From an uncultured Bacilli bacterium (GTDB lineage Bacteria > Bacillota_I > Bacilli_A > RF39 > UBA660), in the NCBI GenBank assembly GCA_934101185.1, contig CAKOQD010000001.1, positions 187,336-251,335 on the forward strand: DNA of 64,000 bases. Direction: 5' to 3'. Below, in pieces: positions 62,207-64,000 of this stretch; the first letter of the stretch is position 1, and every line of letters starts with the position of its first letter. Made by a program: the position numbers and the translations under genes. Under the pieces are notes generated by a model that saw only the letters and a program-made list of their open reading frames with translations, was not told the origin of the DNA and ran no database searches.

Positions 62207-62235
62207 AATATCACCCCCAAAAAAGTACTATAAAT

Positions 62236-62264
62236 ATTGTACCAAATTAGATTAATAAAGTCTA
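62236..62264 (-). promoter_or_regulatory. Candidate dnaX promoter (TAGACT-17-TGgTACAAT)
   Basis: On the minus strand an extended -10 TGGTACAAT lies at 62244-62236 and the -35 TAGACT at 62264-62259. Confidence 0.45.
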
Positions 62265-62298
62265 TGATATGACAATTGTATAAAATAACTTTTTTAAA

Positions 62299-62314
62299 TG
62301 TTTCACGTGAAACA
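62299..62314. promoter_or_regulatory. parS: parS site 1 (ParB/Spo0J binding site, perfect)
   Basis: This is exactly TGTTTCACGTGAAACA. The palindrome extends to 62290-62323. Confidence 0.85.
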
Positions 62315-62360
62315 TTTAAAAAAATACTTATTAACAATTTGATATAACATAACTCAAAAT

Positions 62361-62376
62361 TATTTCCCGGGAAATA
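62361..62376. promoter_or_regulatory. Noc-binding site (NBS) 1, perfect consensus
   Basis: This is exactly TATTTCCCGGGAAATA. The palindrome extends to 62357-62380. Its centre lies 62 bp from parS1. Confidence 0.8.
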
Positions 62377-62480
62377 ATTTGCAAGCTAGTTTTTGTATTC
62401 ACAACACATTTTTAAGAACATAATATATTAAAAAACAAAATTCAAACATACAAATTATTACCATTATAAAAAAATATCAA

Positions 62481-62496
62481 TGTTTCACGTGAAACA
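62481..62496. promoter_or_regulatory. parS: parS site 2 (perfect)
   Basis: This is exactly TGTTTCACGTGAAACA. It has no extended palindromic arms. Confidence 0.85.
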
Positions 62497-62613
62497 TAAG
62501 ATTAGATTAAATAAAATCAAAAACAATAAGTAAACCAAAAAAAAATAAAGAATAAATAAATCATTTATTAAAAATAAATAAAACAACATAAACAAGGATC
62601 AATATTTTTTCTA

Positions 62614-62629
62614 TGTTTCACGTGAAACA
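62614..62629. promoter_or_regulatory. parS: parS site 3 (perfect)
   Basis: This is exactly TGTTTCACGTGAAACA. The palindrome extends to 62605-62638. Confidence 0.85.
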
Positions 62630-62674
62630 TAGAAAAAAACATTTATTAACAATTTGATATACATGATTCAAAAT

Positions 62675-62690
62675 TATTTCCCGGGAAATA
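62675..62690. promoter_or_regulatory. Noc-binding site (NBS) 2, perfect consensus
   Basis: This is exactly TATTTCCCGGGAAATA. The palindrome extends to 62671-62694. Its centre lies 61 bp from parS3. Confidence 0.8.
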
Positions 62691-62805
62691 ATTTACAAAC
62701 ATTTTTTTGTATTGCAAATTATTTTTTAGAATATAGAAGTAAAATACGAAATAATTATAACAATTAAGCACTTATTTTTTGGATATTAAATATTTATTGA
62801 GTTAA

Positions 62806-62821
62806 TGTTTCACGTGAAACA
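62806..62821. promoter_or_regulatory. parS: parS site 4 (perfect)
   Basis: This is exactly TGTTTCACGTGAAACA. The palindrome extends to 62794-62833 (40 bp). Confidence 0.85.
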
Positions 62822-62955
62822 TTAACTCAATAATAAATTAAGTAATAAAAATAAAATTAATAACTAAATTTATAATTACATTATTATACAAATATATTTT
62901 GCAATATAAAGCATAAATAGCACAATATTAACAAAAAAATGTTTATATTTCTTTA

Positions 62956-62971
62956 TGTTTCACGTGAAACA
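62956..62971. promoter_or_regulatory. parS: parS site 5 (perfect)
   Basis: This is exactly TGTTTCACGTGAAACA. The palindrome extends to 62950-62977. Confidence 0.85.
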
Positions 62972-63019
62972 TAAAGAGATACTACTGCTTAAATTTAATT
63001 AAATAAAAACAGTTAACAA

Positions 63020-63035
63020 TGTTTCACGTGAAACA
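63020..63035. promoter_or_regulatory. parS: parS site 6 (perfect), abutting the tadA stop codon
   Basis: This is exactly TGTTTCACGTGAAACA. The extended palindrome at 63011-63044 covers the tadA TAA (63041-63039) and is followed on the minus strand by GUUUUUAUUU. Confidence 0.85.
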
Positions 63036-63038
63036 TTG

Positions 63039-63479
63039 TTAACTTCTTATATTGCTAAAAAATTTTGACAATATATTTTTATATTTATCTACAAATTCAT
63101 TATCGTCATATTTTTTGCAATTAATACGATCATAATTACTCTTTAAATTATTTTCATACTTAGAAGAAATCAAATATCTAATATTTCTAATACGAGATTC
63201 AGCAATAGCATTCATACACATTTCACAAGGTTCTAAAGTAACATACATGGTACATTCTTCTAAAATAAATGTTTTTAAATACTTGCAAGCTTTAATAATA
63301 GCTAAAATTTCAGCATGATATATTGAGATATTTTTATTATTTTTTTTATTATATGCTTTAGCAATTACTTTATTTTTAAAAACAATAATACAACCAACTG
63401 GAACATTATTTGTTTTTGATGCTTTTCTTGCTTCTCTTATGGCTAAATCAAAATAATATTTATCGTCATTTAACAACAT
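63039..63479 (-). CDS. tadA: tRNA-specific adenosine deaminase
   Basis: It has the CDA zinc motifs HAE (IYHAEILAI) and PCEMC. I trimmed the ORF to the ATG at 63479, preceded by GGAGG. The upstream part of the tracked ORF is the SRP RNA gene. Confidence 0.9.
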   Translation of the reverse strand: MLLNDDKYYFDLAIREARKASKTNNVPVGCIIVFKNKVIAKAYNKKNNKNISIYHAEILAIIKACKYLKTFILEECTMYVTLEPCEMCMNAIAESRIRNIRYLISSKYENNLKSNYDRINCKKYDDNEFVDKYKNILSKFFSNIRS

Positions 63480-63497
63480 AAAAACCTCCAAAAAAAA

Positions 63498-63568
63498 GTG
63501 CACACACATAGAGGATCTTAAGGCTGCTATCTTCCGATCCTGACCTAATTCAACCATATGCGTTGCAC
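63498..63568 (-). ncRNA. ffs: Signal recognition particle RNA (small, 4.5S-like, about 71 nt)
   Basis: The minus-strand RNA is GUGCAACGCAUAUGGUUGAAUUAGGUCAGGAUCGGAAGAUAGCAGCCUUAAGAUCCUCUAUGUGUGUGCAC. It contains the conserved domain IV core GGUCAGG.CGGAAG..AGCAGCC with a GGAA tetraloop, its ends pair, and it is followed by a U8 run. Confidence 0.8.
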
Positions 63569-63574
63569 AAATAT

Positions 63575-63603
63575 ATATTATAATAAAACAGAAAAATAGT
63601 CAA
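63575..63603 (-). promoter_or_regulatory. SRP RNA/tadA promoter (TTGACT-17-TAATAT)
   Basis: On the minus strand, TTGACT lies at 63603-63598, followed by a 17-nt spacer and TAATAT at 63580-63575. The G at 63568 lies 7 nt downstream. Confidence 0.55.
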
Positions 63604-63607
63604 TCAA

Positions 63608-63623
63608 TGTTTCACGTGAAACA
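63608..63623. promoter_or_regulatory. parS: parS site 7 (perfect), 4 nt upstream of the SRP RNA -35 box
   Basis: This is exactly TGTTTCACGTGAAACA. The palindrome extends to 63604-63627. Confidence 0.85.
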
Positions 63624-63789
63624 TTGAAAAAATTAGTTATTAACAATTTTAATGTTTTAAAATAAATAACATCCTAAATACTGAAATAAAATAATACAAA
63701 AAAAATATTAAAATTTTAAATCAATTAACATTCATTCTAAACAATTGATACTAACAAAACCTCATTATTATAATATAAACCTTATACAT

Positions 63790-63805
63790 AGTTTCACGTG
63801 AAACA
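63790..63805. promoter_or_regulatory. parS: parS site 8 (one mismatch)
   Basis: The sequence is AGTTTCACGTGAAACA, with only position 1 deviating. Confidence 0.75.
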
Positions 63806-63883
63806 TTAAAAACAACACTTATTAACAATTTGCAAAAAATATACAAAAAATAAATAACAAACATTTGTTTATTTTTTTTATAT

Positions 63884-63905
63884 AAAAAAAAGATGCCTAA
63901 GCATC
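63884..63905 (-). terminator. Short terminator hairpin at the end of the upstream partial gene
   Basis: On the minus strand the hairpin GAUGC-UUAG-GCAUC is followed by U8. The stop codon lies in the loop. Confidence 0.4.
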
Positions 63906-64000
63906 ATTTTCATTAGATTCATTATTCTCCAAATCTTCTTCAACTTTTTCTGTTACAGTAACTGATGTAACAAATTGACCATCTTTAAGACTCATTAATC
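63897..64000 (-). CDS. 3' end of an unidentified gene (continues off the window)
   Basis: I translated this by hand as ...LMSLKDGQFVTSVTVTEKVEEDLENNESNENDA*. It is too short to identify. Confidence 0.3.
   Translation of the reverse strand, partial: LMSLKDGQFVTSVTVTEKVEEDLENNESNENDA

Larger units (their letters stand above)
62290..62405. repeat. Composite parS-TTATTAACAATTTGATATA-NBS module, copy A
   Basis: By hand alignment this is about 80 percent identical over about 110 bp to 62605-62720. The period is 315 bp. Confidence 0.8.
62605..62720. repeat. Composite parS-TTATTAACAATTTGATATA-NBS module, copy B
   Basis: This is a direct repeat of 62290-62405 with one 1-nt indel and scattered substitutions. 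The parS, NBS and TTATTAACAATTTGATATA blocks are identical. Confidence 0.8.

Noticed and set aside
62290-63044. Could the palindromes simply be rho-independent terminators?
   Set aside because: Eight hairpins sharing an identical 16-bp core that equals parS cannot be explained by terminator function alone. Six of them also lie in one untranscribed-looking gap. A secondary terminator role, for example parS6 after tadA, is retained as a hypothesis.
63480-63557. Is the N-terminal 26 aa of the tracked tadA ORF (MVELGQDRKIAALRSSMCVHFFLEVF) real?
   Set aside because: This stretch is the SRP RNA gene read as protein. A strong RBS (GGAGG) precedes the internal ATG at 63479, which gives a normal TadA N-terminus.
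62299-63805. Could the repeated 16-18-bp sequence, separated by unique DNA, be a CRISPR array?
   Set aside because: The repeats are perfect palindromes of only 16 bp. The spacing is irregular (64 to 588 bp) and far longer than CRISPR spacers. One 'spacer' contains tadA and the SRP RNA, and no cas genes are present. The sequence equals the parS consensus.
62328-63831. Could TTATTAACA motifs be DnaA boxes, making the AT-rich gap an oriC or a DnaA-box cluster?
   Set aside because: TTATTAACA differs from TTATCCACA at two positions, including the conserved CAC core. No dnaA or dnaN gene is adjacent, and I saw no canonical DnaA box or obvious DUE with 13-mer repeats. I report it only as an unexplained conserved motif.

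Overview
This is a very AT-rich chromosomal segment from an endospore-forming Bacillota (Firmicutes) bacterium. It uses the standard genetic code: RF1 and RF2 are both encoded, and UGA serves as a stop codon and as the prfB frameshift codon. I find about 70 tightly packed genes, all but four on the minus strand. Most follow the origin-proximal housekeeping and sporulation gene order known from Bacillus. In transcription direction (high to low coordinates) the order is: SRP RNA-tadA, dnaX-ybaB-recR-bofA-holB-yaaT-pth-mfd-spoVT, T-box-metG-tatD, a yabE-like 3D protein, rsmA-yabG-veg-spoVG-yabP-yabQ-divIC-tilS-ftsH, rpsF-ssb-rpsR-DHH-rplI-dnaB, rlmH/ung, rpoE-prfA-prmC-spoIIR-secA, prfB, ftsE-ftsX-M23, and secE-nusG-rplK-rplA-rplJ-rplL-MTase-rpoB-rpoC'. 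Four accessory or unusual regions stand out. (1) At 62.2-63.8 kb, non-coding DNA around tadA/SRP RNA carries eight ParB parS sites (seven perfect TGTTTCACGTGAAACA) and two perfect Noc-binding sites (TATTTCCCGGGAAATA), arranged in a repeated module. This is the most interesting signal in the window and looks like a dedicated chromosomal centromere or ParB/Noc loading array. (2) At 45.6-49.6 kb there is a SipW-type signal peptidase with three TasA/camelysin-like secreted paralogues and two unknown membrane proteins. (3) At 35.2-37.8 kb there is a thioester-domain, CnaB/SpaA-repeat surface adhesin with a VPDTG sorting signal and an atypical sortase; a second, class-B-like sortase lies at 43.9 kb. 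(4) At 13.4-15.7 kb a decayed islet sits between secA and prfB, with a rhuM pseudogene and a duplicated SEC-C/secA 3' fragment. No rRNA or tRNA genes, CRISPR arrays, integrases or transposases were seen. All calls come from reading the sequence and the ORF track by eye. No BLAST, HMM or folding searches were run, and coordinates of non-coding elements are hand-counted.
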